The notes: generated by a model not told the origin, from the sequence alone. A stretch of DNA of 64,000 nucleotides from Turneriella sp. (GCA_965279515.1 CBDIID010000003.1:672001-736000), one strand, 5' to 3'. Positions 39,145 through 49,892 are shown, numbered from the stretch's first letter. Numbers and translations are program-made.

Positions 39145-39956
39145 CCATCGGTATTGTCGGCCTCGGCAAAATGGGTTCGGCCCTCGCGCAGGGGCTTTCG
39201 GGTAAATATGAAATTGTCGGCTTTGAAAAAAGTGAAGTCGTGCGCGCCGACCTGCGGCCATCGCTGGTTAAGAAAATACGCATCGCCAACTCGATCGAAG
39301 AACTGCTCGATGTCGCAGGCCCGATCATTCTGGCAGTTAAACCTGCGCAGATCGGCCCCCTCGTTGCGGCTGTGAACGATCACCGCCTCGTCATCAGTAT
39401 CGCGGCGGGCATTGCGCTGAAGACCATTGACGCCGCGCGCAAAGAGAATGGCCCCACGATTCGCGCGATGCCCAACACACCGCTCGTCATCAAGCGCGGC
39501 ATCACCGCCTTTACCGGAAACAAATTCTGCACAGACGAAGACATCCAGACCGCACGCGACATCTTTGAAAATGTCGGTGAAGCCATTCACCTCGACCAGG
39601 AGAAACTAATTCATGCGGTGACCGGGCTTTCGGGCTCGGGGCCGGCGTATGTGTATCTCTTTCTGCAGAACCTCGAAGACGCGGGAGTCCTGCTTGGCCT
39701 CACACGCGCCGACAGCCGCAAACTGGCAATCCAGACGGTATTGGGTTCGACCGAGCTCGCACGCCAGTCACAGATTGCACCGCAGGAACTTGCGCACGAC
39801 GTGACATCCCCCGGCGGCACCACGGCGGTAGCGCTCAAGTCGCTGCACCGCCATGGTTTCCCCAATGCGGTGATGGAAGCGGTGACGGCCGCGACACGCC
39901 GCTCGGTGGAACTCGCCCTCGAAGCACAGGGTAAAACCGAAGCTTCCGCGGATTAA
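39141..39956 (+). CDS. proC: Pyrroline-5-carboxylate reductase
   Basis: GLGKMG, LAVKP, RAMPNTP, SGSGPAY and VTSPGGTT motifs. Confidence 0.95.
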   Translation: MTIGIVGLGKMGSALAQGLSGKYEIVGFEKSEVVRADLRPSLVKKIRIANSIEELLDVAGPIILAVKPAQIGPLVAAVNDHRLVISIAAGIALKTIDAARKENGPTIRAMPNTPLVIKRGITAFTGNKFCTDEDIQTARDIFENVGEAIHLDQEKLIHAVTGLSGSGPAYVYLFLQNLEDAGVLLGLTRADSRKLAIQTVLGSTELARQSQIAPQELAHDVTSPGGTTAVALKSLHRHGFPNAVMEAVTAATRRSVELALEAQGKTEASAD

Positions 39957-40934
39957 GTGGCCACGACGGCAAAACTCCTCACAGAAGACGAAATCATCGG
40001 GCTCATTGCCCGCCTGAAATGCTCGCGTAAAAATCTTGTTTCGGGCGATGACATTGCACGCTTTGAAACGGGCAAAACCACCTATGCCGGCAGCGATAGC
40101 CTGATCGAAAATGTCCATTACAAAGAAGCCTGGCTCACCCCGGCTGACATTGCCTACAAACTCTTTGCGCGCAACTGGTCGGATTTCCTCTGCAAGGGCA
40201 TCAAGCCGACACAGGCATTACTCAATCTAAACCTGAAACGCGCCAGCGCGCGCTCTGGGTTTATATCCCCCTTTCTGCGCGAACTGGATAAGCTGATGGT
40301 AGAACACCAGATCACGCTGATAGGCGGCGATACCGCGCGCTCGCCGAAGAATGTCTTCACGCTCACCTTTCTCGGCAGTAGCGGCAAGTTTATCCCGAGG
40401 CAGGGTGCCGGCATCCGGCCCGGAGACGTCGTCGTGCAATTGGGGAAAGTTGGCGGAAGCGATCTGGCACGGAAACTAATGGCGCGTAAAAAACCAGTCA
40501 CACCGAGCCTCCGTAGATTATTCACCCGGCCGCAGATTTTCAAGAGCCTGCCGCAGCAGAAATACCTCAAGGCGGCGCTGGACCAGAGCGACTCGGTCGC
40601 TAAAACCCTGCGGATACTGGCGCAGAAAAATGGCGCTATATTGAGCATCGCTATCGATCAAATTGCCGTAGCACACCAAGACATCAGGCGCCCAACGGAT
40701 ATTCTCGCCGCCGCTGAAGACCTCGCTGTCTTTGCGATAGCCGGTAAAAACTCTACCGCTTTCCGCGTCATCGGACATGTGGAATCCATCCGTGGGAAAC
40801 GCCCCGGCGTCGTGTATCGGCACCGCTGTCAGCCGTTCGCGCTAACAGCCGACGGGGGTAAAACTGTTTCCCCACGGACGCATGATTCGACAAAGCTCAT
40901 CACAAGTGCCTTCGAGCACTTTAAGAACTCCTGA
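39957..40934 (+). CDS. thiL: Thiamine-phosphate kinase (divergent)
   Basis: GDD, DSLIENVHY, NWSD, LIGGDT and DQSD motifs. Confidence 0.75.
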   Translation: MATTAKLLTEDEIIGLIARLKCSRKNLVSGDDIARFETGKTTYAGSDSLIENVHYKEAWLTPADIAYKLFARNWSDFLCKGIKPTQALLNLNLKRASARSGFISPFLRELDKLMVEHQITLIGGDTARSPKNVFTLTFLGSSGKFIPRQGAGIRPGDVVVQLGKVGGSDLARKLMARKKPVTPSLRRLFTRPQIFKSLPQQKYLKAALDQSDSVAKTLRILAQKNGAILSIAIDQIAVAHQDIRRPTDILAAAEDLAVFAIAGKNSTAFRVIGHVESIRGKRPGVVYRHRCQPFALTADGGKTVSPRTHDSTKLITSAFEHFKNS

Positions 40935-41466
40935 AGAGCAAGCCCCGGCAATTTTCCGCGGGCCAACGGTTGTTCTCCACCGTCCCCAGATTCCGCAAAA
41001 CACAGGCAATATCTCGCGCCTCTGTGTCGCCGTGCAGAGCCCATTAATTCTCACCGGTCGCGTGGGTTTCGATTTCGGCGCGGCCGCCGTCAGGCGCGCC
41101 GGCCTCGATCACTGGGATCACCTGAACTTCAGGTATTTCGCCCGCTTCAAAGACTTCTACTTGCAGAACCAAAACCGGCGCCTGATTGCGGTAACCAAAG
41201 TCGCTAAAACCTCCGCGCTCGAATTTGATTTTGCCGAGGGTGATATATTGCTCTTCGGCAATGAAACGATGGGACTACCCCCGTCGCTGCTCAGCCGCCT
41301 CGCCACCCATGTTTATCTGCCGATGTCGGGCGCCGTGCGCAGCCTCAACCTTGCGAACAGCGTGGCTGTCGTGACCTATGCCTACATTCGCCATGTCTAT
41401 GGTAGCGCGGCCGCGCATAGCACTGAAAGCTATCCCCGTACCTACTACAAAGGAAAAATCAAATGA
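40882..41466 (+). CDS. trmL: tRNA (cytidine(34)-2'-O)-methyltransferase; start uncertain
   Basis: PQIPQNTGNI, RRAGLDHW, FGNETMGL and RSLNLANS motifs. Confidence 0.9.
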   Translation: MIRQSSSQVPSSTLRTPEEQAPAIFRGPTVVLHRPQIPQNTGNISRLCVAVQSPLILTGRVGFDFGAAAVRRAGLDHWDHLNFRYFARFKDFYLQNQNRRLIAVTKVAKTSALEFDFAEGDILLFGNETMGLPPSLLSRLATHVYLPMSGAVRSLNLANSVAVVTYAYIRHVYGSAAAHSTESYPRTYYKGKIK

Positions 41467-44400
41467 AAACGGGTATCCCTAAAGATCTGCGCGACGCCCT
41501 CGCGCCTGTTGTACAGGATCTGCGCACGGGAAAATTTTCCGGCCCACTGGTACCGGCGATTCTGCCGCTCGCCGCGTACCTGCAGTTTGAGAAGCATGCC
41601 GGGCGCCTCATGTATATCGTGCCCGATGACAACACGGCGCTCGAGATCTACCATGCCTGGAACGCGCTCGGTGCCGATTGCGGCGCGCTGGTTTCCTGGG
41701 GAGTTATTCCCTACAGTTTTGCGGCCGCCGATAAGGAAAAGGAATATTTGCGCACGCATGCGGAATACCTGATCCGTTCGGGGCGCCCCTGCCTCATCAC
41801 GGCTTCGATCGAGGGTTTGACACAATACATCGCGCAGGCCGATGCAACGGCGAATGGCATCATCCTCAAAAGCGGCGACCGCTTTCCGCGCGAGAAGCTG
41901 ACAGGTTTTCTTTCTGCCTCGGGGTACACGTATGCCAATCCGCCGCCCGTCACCAAACCCGGTGAGTTCTGCGTCAAGGGCGGCATCGTCGATATTTTCC
42001 CTCCCGATGCCGACGCAGCGGTGCGGATTGACTTCTTCGGCGATGACATTGAAACGATTAAGGCTTTTTCACACGAGACACAGCGCAGCTTTGCCGACTT
42101 GAAAGAAGTGCGGCTCTCAGCCCTGAGACCACATATTCACGAGCTCGTACCGCCAATTGAAAAGCTGGCGGCTCGCCTCGCAACAGAAAAACTCGAATTG
42201 CCGCCGATTCTCGCCACATCTGCGGCCAGCACCGCAGGCTATGCGGATGTCTATCCGCAGCTGCGCCCGTGCGATGACATAACGGCGCTTTGGCAGACCT
42301 CGCAAGGCACCATGGCCTTTGTCTGCGACGCCGAGGCTGTGACGCAGCGGCTCAACGCGATTACGAACGAACGCAAATATCTCTACGAAAAGAGTGAAGG
42401 CAAATACCGCCTGCCACCCGAAGAACTGTTCGTAGCCAAAAATCGCATCGAAGATTTTTTGTTAGCGCAGGTAACCATCCCACTGCTGGAACATGGCAAT
42501 GAGGAAAGCCGCTTTAGAAACGCCCCGCAATTCGGCGGCAGGCTGGGGCTTCTCAAAGAGCGTATCGCAGAGCACGGGGATAAAAAGCTCTGGTTTTTCA
42601 TTGAGTCCGAAGGGCAGCGCGAACGCCTAAAAGCGGCGCTGACCGATATCACGGCGCCCGCTATTCTGCCGCTCTTTTACCCGCACGGCTTTATTTCCGA
42701 AACCGTCACGGTGCTGACGGAGAAGGACGTCTTCGGCCGCGTCGTCAAAAAATACGCCGCCGACCAAAAGATCAGCAAGATTCTTGAAAGTTATACCGAT
42801 CTCAAGGAAGGCGACTACGTCGTTCACGTCAACTATGGTATTGGCCGTTTCTCTGCGCTGAAGCGCATGAAGGTTCAGCAAATCGAGCGCGATTTTCTCG
42901 AGCTGGTCTTCGCCGATAACGACAAACTCTTTGTACCTCTCGACCAGTTAAACCTGGTACACAAGTATATCGGCTCGACGGAAAATCCGCGCCTCGACTA
43001 TCTCGGCAAGAAGTCGTCGTGGGCAAAAACGCGTGCGCGGGTCAAACGCCTCGTCGATTCCATCGCCGAAGAACTCATCGAACTCTATGCGCTCAGGCAA
43101 CAGCAGAAGGGCTTTGCCTTCCCGCCCGACAGTTCATTCCAACATGACTTCGAAGCGGCATTTCCCTTCACCGAAACCGAGCACCAGCTCGAGGCGATCC
43201 AGGCCATCAAATACGATATGGAATCGGAAAAGGCGATGGACCGCCTCGTCTGCGGTGATGTCGGCTTCGGCAAGACCGAGGTGGCGATCCGTGCGGCATT
43301 CAAGGCGGCGATGGCGGGCAAGCAGGTGGCGATTCTCTGCCCCACAACGATTCTCGCCTTCCAGCATTACCGCAGTTTTTCGAAACGTTTTGCCGATTAC
43401 CCCGTGCGCATCGATTTTTTGAGCCGTTTCCGCACCGCGACCGAAGGCGCCGAAATCAAAAAGAAACTCGCCGAAGGGAAGATCGACATCATCATCGGCA
43501 CGCATGCGCTTTTGGCCGAAGATGTGAAGTATAAATCCCTGGGACTTATGGTCATCGACGAAGAACAGCGTTTTGGCGTGACGCATAAAGAAAAACTCCG
43601 CAAACTCAAGAACAACCTCGATTGCCTCGCGCTCACCGCGACGCCGATTCCGCGCACACTGCACATGTCGCTCTCGGGCATACGCGACCTCTCGATCATC
43701 GAGACGCCGCCCGCCGACCGCCGCAAAATCGAAACCTATGTGCTCGCGGATAATGAAGAGCTGCTGACACTGGCGATGAAACGCGAGCTCGATCGCGGCG
43801 GGCAGATCTATGTCTTGCACAACAAGGTAAAAACCATAGAAGAGCAGGCGATCCGCCTGAGGGGCCTTGTGCCCAATGCCCGCACCGCGGTTTTGCACGG
43901 GCAGATGCCTGAAAATGAGATCGAAGAAGTCATGGTCGATTTTTACCAGCATGCCTATGATATACTCGTCAGCACCACGATCATCGAATCGGGCATCGAT
44001 ATACCGAATTGTAATACGCTGATCGTGCTCTCGGCGCACACCTTTGGCTTGAGCCAACTCTACCAGCTCAAGGGCCGCGTCGGCCGCTCCGAGCGGCAGG
44101 CGTATGCGTACTTCTTCCATCCTCCTGCGTCCGTGATGCCGATGAACAGCGACGCGGAACGCCGCCTCGAGGTCCTTGCTGAATACGACGACCTGGGCTC
44201 GGGTTTCAAAATCGCGATGAAAGATCTCGAAATACGCGGCGCGGGTAATTTGCTCGGCAAAGAACAAAGCGGTGAAATCATGGAAATCGGCTTTGAGCTC
44301 TATTCGCAGATGCTCTCCGACAAAATTGCCGAACTCAAGGGGCAAGAACGCGCCGCCGAGTTCGCGGCCATCATCACCCTGCCCTGCGACTGGTATTTTC

Positions 44401-44816
44401 CGGACGACTATGTCGCCGACACGCGCGAGAAAATGGAGTTCTACAAGGCGTTCTCGGCGGCGGAAAATATCGACGAGTACCGCCTCGCGCGCGAAAGCCT
44501 CATCGACCGCTTCGGCAAGCCACCCGAAGTCGTCGACCTCATGCTGCACTTTGAGGAAATCCGCCACATTGCCAATGCCCTGCGCCTCGAGCGTATCGCG
44601 ATTTCACCCGAAGGCCCGTACATCGTCGTTTCGGGCGACCACCGGCTCGACATGGCAAAAGTTTCAACACTGCTGACGCGTGACAAACGCGTGCGCCTCG
44701 ATCCGGCCGATGCGAAGCGGATCAACCTGGACATTAAGACACAACCGCAGCTGGATTTCTTCCGTGAACTGAAAGCAATCCTGAAAGCTTTTTCGGGACT
44801 CAGCGAGGTTGCGTGA
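41463..44816 (+). CDS. mfd: Transcription-repair coupling factor
   Basis: GDYVVH.NYGIG, CGDVGFGKTEVA, DEEQRFG, QLKGRVGR and DLEIRGAGNLLG motifs. Confidence 0.97.
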   Translation: MKTGIPKDLRDALAPVVQDLRTGKFSGPLVPAILPLAAYLQFEKHAGRLMYIVPDDNTALEIYHAWNALGADCGALVSWGVIPYSFAAADKEKEYLRTHAEYLIRSGRPCLITASIEGLTQYIAQADATANGIILKSGDRFPREKLTGFLSASGYTYANPPPVTKPGEFCVKGGIVDIFPPDADAAVRIDFFGDDIETIKAFSHETQRSFADLKEVRLSALRPHIHELVPPIEKLAARLATEKLELPPILATSAASTAGYADVYPQLRPCDDITALWQTSQGTMAFVCDAEAVTQRLNAITNERKYLYEKSEGKYRLPPEELFVAKNRIEDFLLAQVTIPLLEHGNEESRFRNAPQFGGRLGLLKERIAEHGDKKLWFFIESEGQRERLKAALTDITAPAILPLFYPHGFISETVTVLTEKDVFGRVVKKYAADQKISKILESYTDLKEGDYVVHVNYGIGRFSALKRMKVQQIERDFLELVFADNDKLFVPLDQLNLVHKYIGSTENPRLDYLGKKSSWAKTRARVKRLVDSIAEELIELYALRQQQKGFAFPPDSSFQHDFEAAFPFTETEHQLEAIQAIKYDMESEKAMDRLVCGDVGFGKTEVAIRAAFKAAMAGKQVAILCPTTILAFQHYRSFSKRFADYPVRIDFLSRFRTATEGAEIKKKLAEGKIDIIIGTHALLAEDVKYKSLGLMVIDEEQRFGVTHKEKLRKLKNNLDCLALTATPIPRTLHMSLSGIRDLSIIETPPADRRKIETYVLADNEELLTLAMKRELDRGGQIYVLHNKVKTIEEQAIRLRGLVPNARTAVLHGQMPENEIEEVMVDFYQHAYDILVSTTIIESGIDIPNCNTLIVLSAHTFGLSQLYQLKGRVGRSERQAYAYFFHPPASVMPMNSDAERRLEVLAEYDDLGSGFKIAMKDLEIRGAGNLLGKEQSGEIMEIGFELYSQMLSDKIAELKGQERAAEFAAIITLPCDWYFPDDYVADTREKMEFYKAFSAAENIDEYRLARESLIDRFGKPPEVVDLMLHFEEIRHIANALRLERIAISPEGPYIVVSGDHRLDMAKVSTLLTRDKRVRLDPADAKRINLDIKTQPQLDFFRELKAILKAFSGLSEVA

Positions 44817-45988
44817 CGGATTTAGCCGGTAGGATTTCCCCCGCCGAGAGCCACGCCGCACTCGCAGGCCTGTTGCAGAAATCGCTGGGCGCGAAACACC
44901 ATACCGCGGCGACCGCTGTTCAGGATGCCCTGGGCCTGTGGCATGTTTCGCCGGGCAATACCGTACTGACGCAGCTTTCTGACTTCCTGCTCCCTGAGCG
45001 CAAGAGCCGCATCGCCTTCAGGCTCAAGCCAAAATCGGCTGGTAAAAAAGAGCTGCGCAGGGAATTTCTGCGGGCAAAACCCGTGATCTACCTGAAACTC
45101 AACACAATCGATCTCGCGCAGCGTTTGAAGCGCTTTGAAATTCTTGCGCTGAGCGAAGACAAACTGGCAAAACAACAACTACAAAGGGCAAAAAAAAGAG
45201 CCCGGCATGAATTTGAGAAGAAACTCCGGCTTTTTGGCCGCTATTCGCACGATCTCAAAACGCCTTTTTCCACGCTCATTGCAACTCTCGAGAGTATGGT
45301 ACTGAGCGACGAGGCGATTCCTGCGAAGCTCAGGCTCAACCTTGAAACGATCCGTGGGGCCATCTATTCGGTGCTGAGAAACGCCGGACAATCGCTCGAC
45401 GCGGCGCGCCTGCTCACCCGGCAGCGGCGTGCCACCCTGATACCGTATAATTTTTCAGAATTTGTCTCTGAGGTGGTCGAAGTCTATGCCATCGTGTTTG
45501 AAAGTTATGGCCTGACGCTTACAACAGAAATTGAAAGCGCTGTGCCCGCGGAGATCGATCCGATACAAATGGAAAAAATTCTGAACAACCTGCTGAGCAA
45601 TGCCATCAAACACAACATTCCGGGCGGTTTGGCGCATGTTGCGCTAAAAACCAAGGAGCGCCAGATTGAACTCAGGATCAGCGATACCGGGCTGGGCTTT
45701 GCGGCCACCGGCGAGAAGGTAAAAGACCTCAACCCGTGGAGCTTATCATCGCACGGTTATGGCCTCGGCATCGTGCGCGAACTCGTGCGCTCGAACCGGG
45801 GCCGCATGCAACTCAAAAGCGAGGGCGGTGTCGGCACAACGGTGACGGTCACCCTGCCCGCCGTACCCGAGCTTAAGCCGGTCATCGCGAACCTCAGGCG
45901 GCATAATTTTCAGACGACGCTGCACGAGGTCGAATACCTCGCGGGTGAAAGAACGCGGCTCTCGCGCCGGCGGCGCAGCGCAGACTAA
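44813..45988 (+). CDS. Soluble sensor histidine kinase
   Basis: H-box SHDLKTP, N-box NLLSNAIKH, DTGLG and GYGLGIV. Confidence 0.85.
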   Translation: MTDLAGRISPAESHAALAGLLQKSLGAKHHTAATAVQDALGLWHVSPGNTVLTQLSDFLLPERKSRIAFRLKPKSAGKKELRREFLRAKPVIYLKLNTIDLAQRLKRFEILALSEDKLAKQQLQRAKKRARHEFEKKLRLFGRYSHDLKTPFSTLIATLESMVLSDEAIPAKLRLNLETIRGAIYSVLRNAGQSLDAARLLTRQRRATLIPYNFSEFVSEVVEVYAIVFESYGLTLTTEIESAVPAEIDPIQMEKILNNLLSNAIKHNIPGGLAHVALKTKERQIELRISDTGLGFAATGEKVKDLNPWSLSSHGYGLGIVRELVRSNRGRMQLKSEGGVGTTVTVTLPAVPELKPVIANLRRHNFQTTLHEVEYLAGERTRLSRRRRSAD

Positions 45989-46893
45989 CTCAAGTCTTCA
46001 GCGGCGTCGGCAAATCTCTCAAAACGGAAATTATAACCATCGGCCAGCGCGCGTTTCGGTACCGCACGCACACTCGCCAGCAGCATCTCGCGGCCGAAGT
46101 CACCGGGTATACTTTTGAGCACAAATTCGGGCACGTGAAAGATAGCGTGCCGCTTAAATTTTTCTGCCAGTACCTGGGTCAGATGCGCGTTCGTGACGGG
46201 CTCGGGCGCCGTCGCGTTGATAATGCCCGGGCTGAAACGCTCCACGTAATGCACCAGCAGATCGGCCATATCGTGTTCGTGGATCCAGGAGAAATACTGC
46301 TCGCCTTTGCCAAAGCGGCCGCCGAGAAAGGCGCGGAAAAAACGCCGCCACACAGTGAAAACCCCGGCGTCGTTAGAGAGCACCGGGGCGATGCGGAATA
46401 TAGCCAGCTTTTCTTTCTTAAAAGCCTTGAGTGCGGCGGATTCCCATTCGACGCAGGTGTCGGCAAGAAAGCCATGCCCGGGATCGGCCGCTTCAGTCAG
46501 AATTTCTGCCTTGCGGTCGCCGTAATAACCCGTCGCCGAAGCCTGTAAAATGACCAGATCGGGGTTGGCCGCCCTTTGCACGACGGTAGCCAGGTGCGCC
46601 ACGGATTCTTTACGGCTCGCCAAAATCTCTTTTTTCAGTTTCTTAGTCCAGATACCCGAGGCGATGCTCTTACCTTCGAGGTTAATGATCGCGGCGGCCT
46701 CGCCTGCAGCCTTAACCTGCGCCTCGATGTCAGCCCGATTCAGCACCGTAAACCCCGTACGGCTGCCGAAGCGCTGCGGATTGCGGCTGATAACAATGAC
46801 CGGAATCTTTTTCCGGCTGAGTTTCTCAGCCACAAGCGAGCCGATCAGACCCGCCCCCCGGATGATAATCGGTTGCATAACACTACCGGGCAA
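45985..46893 (-). CDS. TIGR01777-family NAD-dependent epimerase
   Basis: GLIG, ASATGYYG, FLA..C.EWE and SWIH..D motifs. Confidence 0.85.
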   Translation of the reverse strand: MPGSVMQPIIIRGAGLIGSLVAEKLSRKKIPVIVISRNPQRFGSRTGFTVLNRADIEAQVKAAGEAAAIINLEGKSIASGIWTKKLKKEILASRKESVAHLATVVQRAANPDLVILQASATGYYGDRKAEILTEAADPGHGFLADTCVEWESAALKAFKKEKLAIFRIAPVLSNDAGVFTVWRRFFRAFLGGRFGKGEQYFSWIHEHDMADLLVHYVERFSPGIINATAPEPVTNAHLTQVLAEKFKRHAIFHVPEFVLKSIPGDFGREMLLASVRAVPKRALADGYNFRFERFADAAEDLS

Positions 46894-46958
46894 AGCCTCC
46901 GGGTAGTAGCAATTCTTTTTTGATTATGTCATTCTGAAGCGACGACCGATATTTAACC

Positions 46959-47423
46959 ATGCCCGACGACGTTATTTATGCCGGATTCTGGCGCCGCCTC
47001 GTTGCGGCGATTCTTGATCAGATCATTCTCGCCGTCGGCCGCGCCCTCTGTTATGGTATTTTGGGTCTTATCGTCTACGCCACGCTTTATCTCTTCGATA
47101 TCAAAGAGAACCACGTGCTGGTTTTTGCGATTTTTGGCGGATGTATCTTTTTGCTGAACATCTGGCTCACCTGGATCTACTTTGCCCTCATGGAAAGCTC
47201 ATCATTACAGGGAACACTCGGTAAACTCGCCCTCGGGGTGCGGGTTTTCCATAAAACGGATAAACGCGCACTGACCTTCGAAGAAGCCACAGTGCGCTAT
47301 TTCGCCAAGATTCTGAGCCGCATAACGTTTCTCATCGGCTACATTCTCGCGGCGTTCAGTTCCAAAAAACAGGCGCTGCACGATTTTGTCGGCAAATCGG
47401 TTCTGATCGTCACGCGCGGCTGA
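46959..47423 (+). CDS. RDD-family membrane protein
   Basis: YAGFWRRLVAAILD, TLGK and QALHD motifs. Confidence 0.9.
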   Translation: MPDDVIYAGFWRRLVAAILDQIILAVGRALCYGILGLIVYATLYLFDIKENHVLVFAIFGGCIFLLNIWLTWIYFALMESSSLQGTLGKLALGVRVFHKTDKRALTFEEATVRYFAKILSRITFLIGYILAAFSSKKQALHDFVGKSVLIVTRG

Positions 47424-47450
47424 TTTTTCCGCCGGGGTAAATCCCCCTTT

Positions 47451-47972
47451 TTATTCAGCAAACAGCTTGGGATAGAGCACCACGCGCAGGATGCCTGTCG
47501 CGGGACGAATTTCTGACCACAGTGTGACGTGAAAGTGTACGGCTGCGAGGGCGCAGGTCGGCATTTTGGTATGGAAGGGTGAACGCGAGGTGAGCGTCAC
47601 CAGCAAATCTTCGAGAATGGGATTGTGGCCAACGATCATGACGCTCGAGAGTTCATCGGGCATTTTCTGAATCTGCGCGAGGTAGGCCTGTTGCGAGGCC
47701 GAGTAGAGGCTGTCTTCGACTTTCAGGGTATCTTCGAGTTTCAGCGTTTCAGCGAAAATTTTCGCTGTCTCATACGCACGCGCCGCAGATGAAGTGAAGA
47801 TCGCTTCGGGTGGGAAACGAAAGCTTTCGACGAGTTTCGCCATCTTACCGGCATGACGGATGCCCTTATCTATCAGCCGGCGTTCGTGGTCGTTTTTTTT
47901 GAGATCCTGGTTTTCAGCCTTGGCATGGCGGAGAAGATAAACCGTCTTGATCTGCTTTTCTTTTTGCGCCAA
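47451..47972 (-). CDS. sixA: SixA-like phosphohistidine phosphatase
   Basis: LLRHAKA, SSA.RA.ET and VGHNP motifs. Confidence 0.85.
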   Translation of the reverse strand: MAQKEKQIKTVYLLRHAKAENQDLKKNDHERRLIDKGIRHAGKMAKLVESFRFPPEAIFTSSAARAYETAKIFAETLKLEDTLKVEDSLYSASQQAYLAQIQKMPDELSSVMIVGHNPILEDLLVTLTSRSPFHTKMPTCALAAVHFHVTLWSEIRPATGILRVVLYPKLFAE

Positions 47973-47973
47973 T

Positions 47974-49011
47974 TCAGATCACTCCAGCCTGTTCAGGAAA
48001 GCCAAACATCAGATTCATATTCTGTACCGCCTGCCCTGCCGCACCCTTCACAAGATTATCAATCGCCGAGATGATTTGTACGAGGCCGGTTTTGTCATCG
48101 ATGAAATGCGCATAGTCGCAGAAGTTGGTATGTTGTACGTGTTTAACCTCCACCGCGTCAACATTTTCGCGGTGGCGCAGGAATGTTTCGCCCCGAACCT
48201 TTTCAGCGGCGGCGGTAAAATCCGCGGCAGTTTTGCCCGGTTTAATATAGGCATAAGAAGATGACAAAATACCGCGGTACATCGGCAACAGGTGCGGTGT
48301 AAAACGGACATTCACCTTCTGCCCTGCGACGGCAGAAATTTCCTGCGCGATTTCGGGCATATGCTGGTGCCTTGCCGTTTTGTAGCTGCGAAAATTCTCA
48401 TACACGGTGGAATATCCCAGGCCGTCTTTTTCCTTACGACCGCCGGCGCCCGATGTGCCGCTCTTTGCGTCGATGATAACGGGTTTCGTGAAATCAATCA
48501 GATCGCGGTAGACCCAAAGCGGTAACGATGCCGCTGTCGGGTAGCAACCGGGGTTGGCAACGATCTCGGCCCTGGCAATTTCGGCGCGGTGGATTTCGGT
48601 GAGCCCATAGACTGCTTTCGCCAGTGTGGCTTCGGCCGTCTGCTCGAGGCCGTAATATTCCTTAAATTCGACCGTATTTCTCAGGCGAAAGGCGCCCGAG
48701 ATATCGATGACTTTAACGCCGGCGCCCAGAAATTCGGGCGCCCATTTGAGCGATGCATCGTCAGGCGTGGCCAGAAATATAGCATCGAGCTTCGGCGCAT
48801 CGGCAATCTTCTGAGGGTGCGCGGTGAATTTCAGATCGGCAAAGCCGGGATGTGCAAGATTAGGAAAAGCCGCCGCCAGCGGTTTGCCGGCATATTCGGT
48901 CGAGGTGATATAAACCAGTTCAACCTGCGCATGGTGCGCAAAGATGCGGATAAGCTCCTGGCCGGTGAAACCACCGGCACCGAGAATCCCTACCCTTATT
49001 TGGCTGTTCAA
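47974..49011 (-). CDS. argC: N-acetyl-gamma-glutamyl-phosphate reductase
   Basis: ANPGCYPT, SGTSGAG and DNLVKGAAGQAVQNMN motifs. Confidence 0.97.
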   Translation of the reverse strand: MNSQIRVGILGAGGFTGQELIRIFAHHAQVELVYITSTEYAGKPLAAAFPNLAHPGFADLKFTAHPQKIADAPKLDAIFLATPDDASLKWAPEFLGAGVKVIDISGAFRLRNTVEFKEYYGLEQTAEATLAKAVYGLTEIHRAEIARAEIVANPGCYPTAASLPLWVYRDLIDFTKPVIIDAKSGTSGAGGRKEKDGLGYSTVYENFRSYKTARHQHMPEIAQEISAVAGQKVNVRFTPHLLPMYRGILSSSYAYIKPGKTAADFTAAAEKVRGETFLRHRENVDAVEVKHVQHTNFCDYAHFIDDKTGLVQIISAIDNLVKGAAGQAVQNMNLMFGFPEQAGVI

Positions 49012-49874
49012 TTCTCTAAGATCGTGAGTTTCTTCAGAATCACGCTGGTTTTGGGGCGGTCTTGTTGGTCGCGCTCCACCTTGGTAATATTCTCAGCAAT
49101 GTCGAGGCCTGCGAGTACGCGGCCAAAAACAGTGTGCTTGCCGTCGAGATAGAGGTTGTCGACAACGCTGACAAAGAACTGGCTGCCGTTGGTATTGGGG
49201 CCTGCATTCGCCATCGAGAGCGAACCTTTGGTGTTCGATTCAGACTCGAGGTTGGGAGTATACGTGACACCGCGTGCAATGAAAAGCTCTTCGAGCGATT
49301 TATTGCCCCATTTATCTTGCTCTGTCTTCAGCATCGCTTCGGCTTCTTTCATTTTAGCCGTGAGGTCAGCCTGGCTCTTGATGTTGAGCTTTTTGAAGAT
49401 ATCGTTGCGCACAACCTGTGCCACTTCGTTGCGTGCCATCGGTGAGGACGAGACCTTGATCTTATCGAGCCCCAAAGCCTTGGCATTGATTTCGTCGGCA
49501 AACTGGTAGCCTGGGCCGCCGGTACCGTTACCCTTGATATCCCCGCCCTGGATCATGAAGTTGGGAATCACACGGTGGAAAATCAGGCCATCGTAGTACG
49601 GGCGCTTCGCCGGTTTACCTTCAGCATCGGTGAATTCCTTTTCGCCTTTCGCGAGGCTGATAAAGTTTTCTACGGTTTTAGGAGCGGCATGGCGGTAGAG
49701 TTCGATCGTAATAGTGCCGAGTGAAGTTTCCATCACCGCGACAGGGTTGGTATCCTTACGCATTTTCTCTTTTACGTTCTGCATCGCTGCCGCCTTCGTT
49801 TTAGGTGTTTTGCTGCATGCCGATGACATCGTCATCGCCAGGGCAAGAATAGTCCAGATTGTTGTTTGTTTCAT
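49008..49874 (-). CDS. Cyclophilin-type peptidyl-prolyl isomerase (lipoprotein)
   Basis: FHRVIPNFMIQGGD, SMANAGPNTNGSQFF and LDGKHTVFG motifs. Confidence 0.93.
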   Translation of the reverse strand: MKQTTIWTILALAMTMSSACSKTPKTKAAAMQNVKEKMRKDTNPVAVMETSLGTITIELYRHAAPKTVENFISLAKGEKEFTDAEGKPAKRPYYDGLIFHRVIPNFMIQGGDIKGNGTGGPGYQFADEINAKALGLDKIKVSSSPMARNEVAQVVRNDIFKKLNIKSQADLTAKMKEAEAMLKTEQDKWGNKSLEELFIARGVTYTPNLESESNTKGSLSMANAGPNTNGSQFFVSVVDNLYLDGKHTVFGRVLAGLDIAENITKVERDQQDRPKTSVILKKLTILEN

Positions 49875-49892
49875 ATAGGTGTATTTCCGTTT

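Noticed and set aside
43134..44567. 477-aa antisense ORF within mfd, and similar shadows in secA, nnr and the MBOAT gene
   Set aside because: Antisense shadows expected from GC-rich codon bias.
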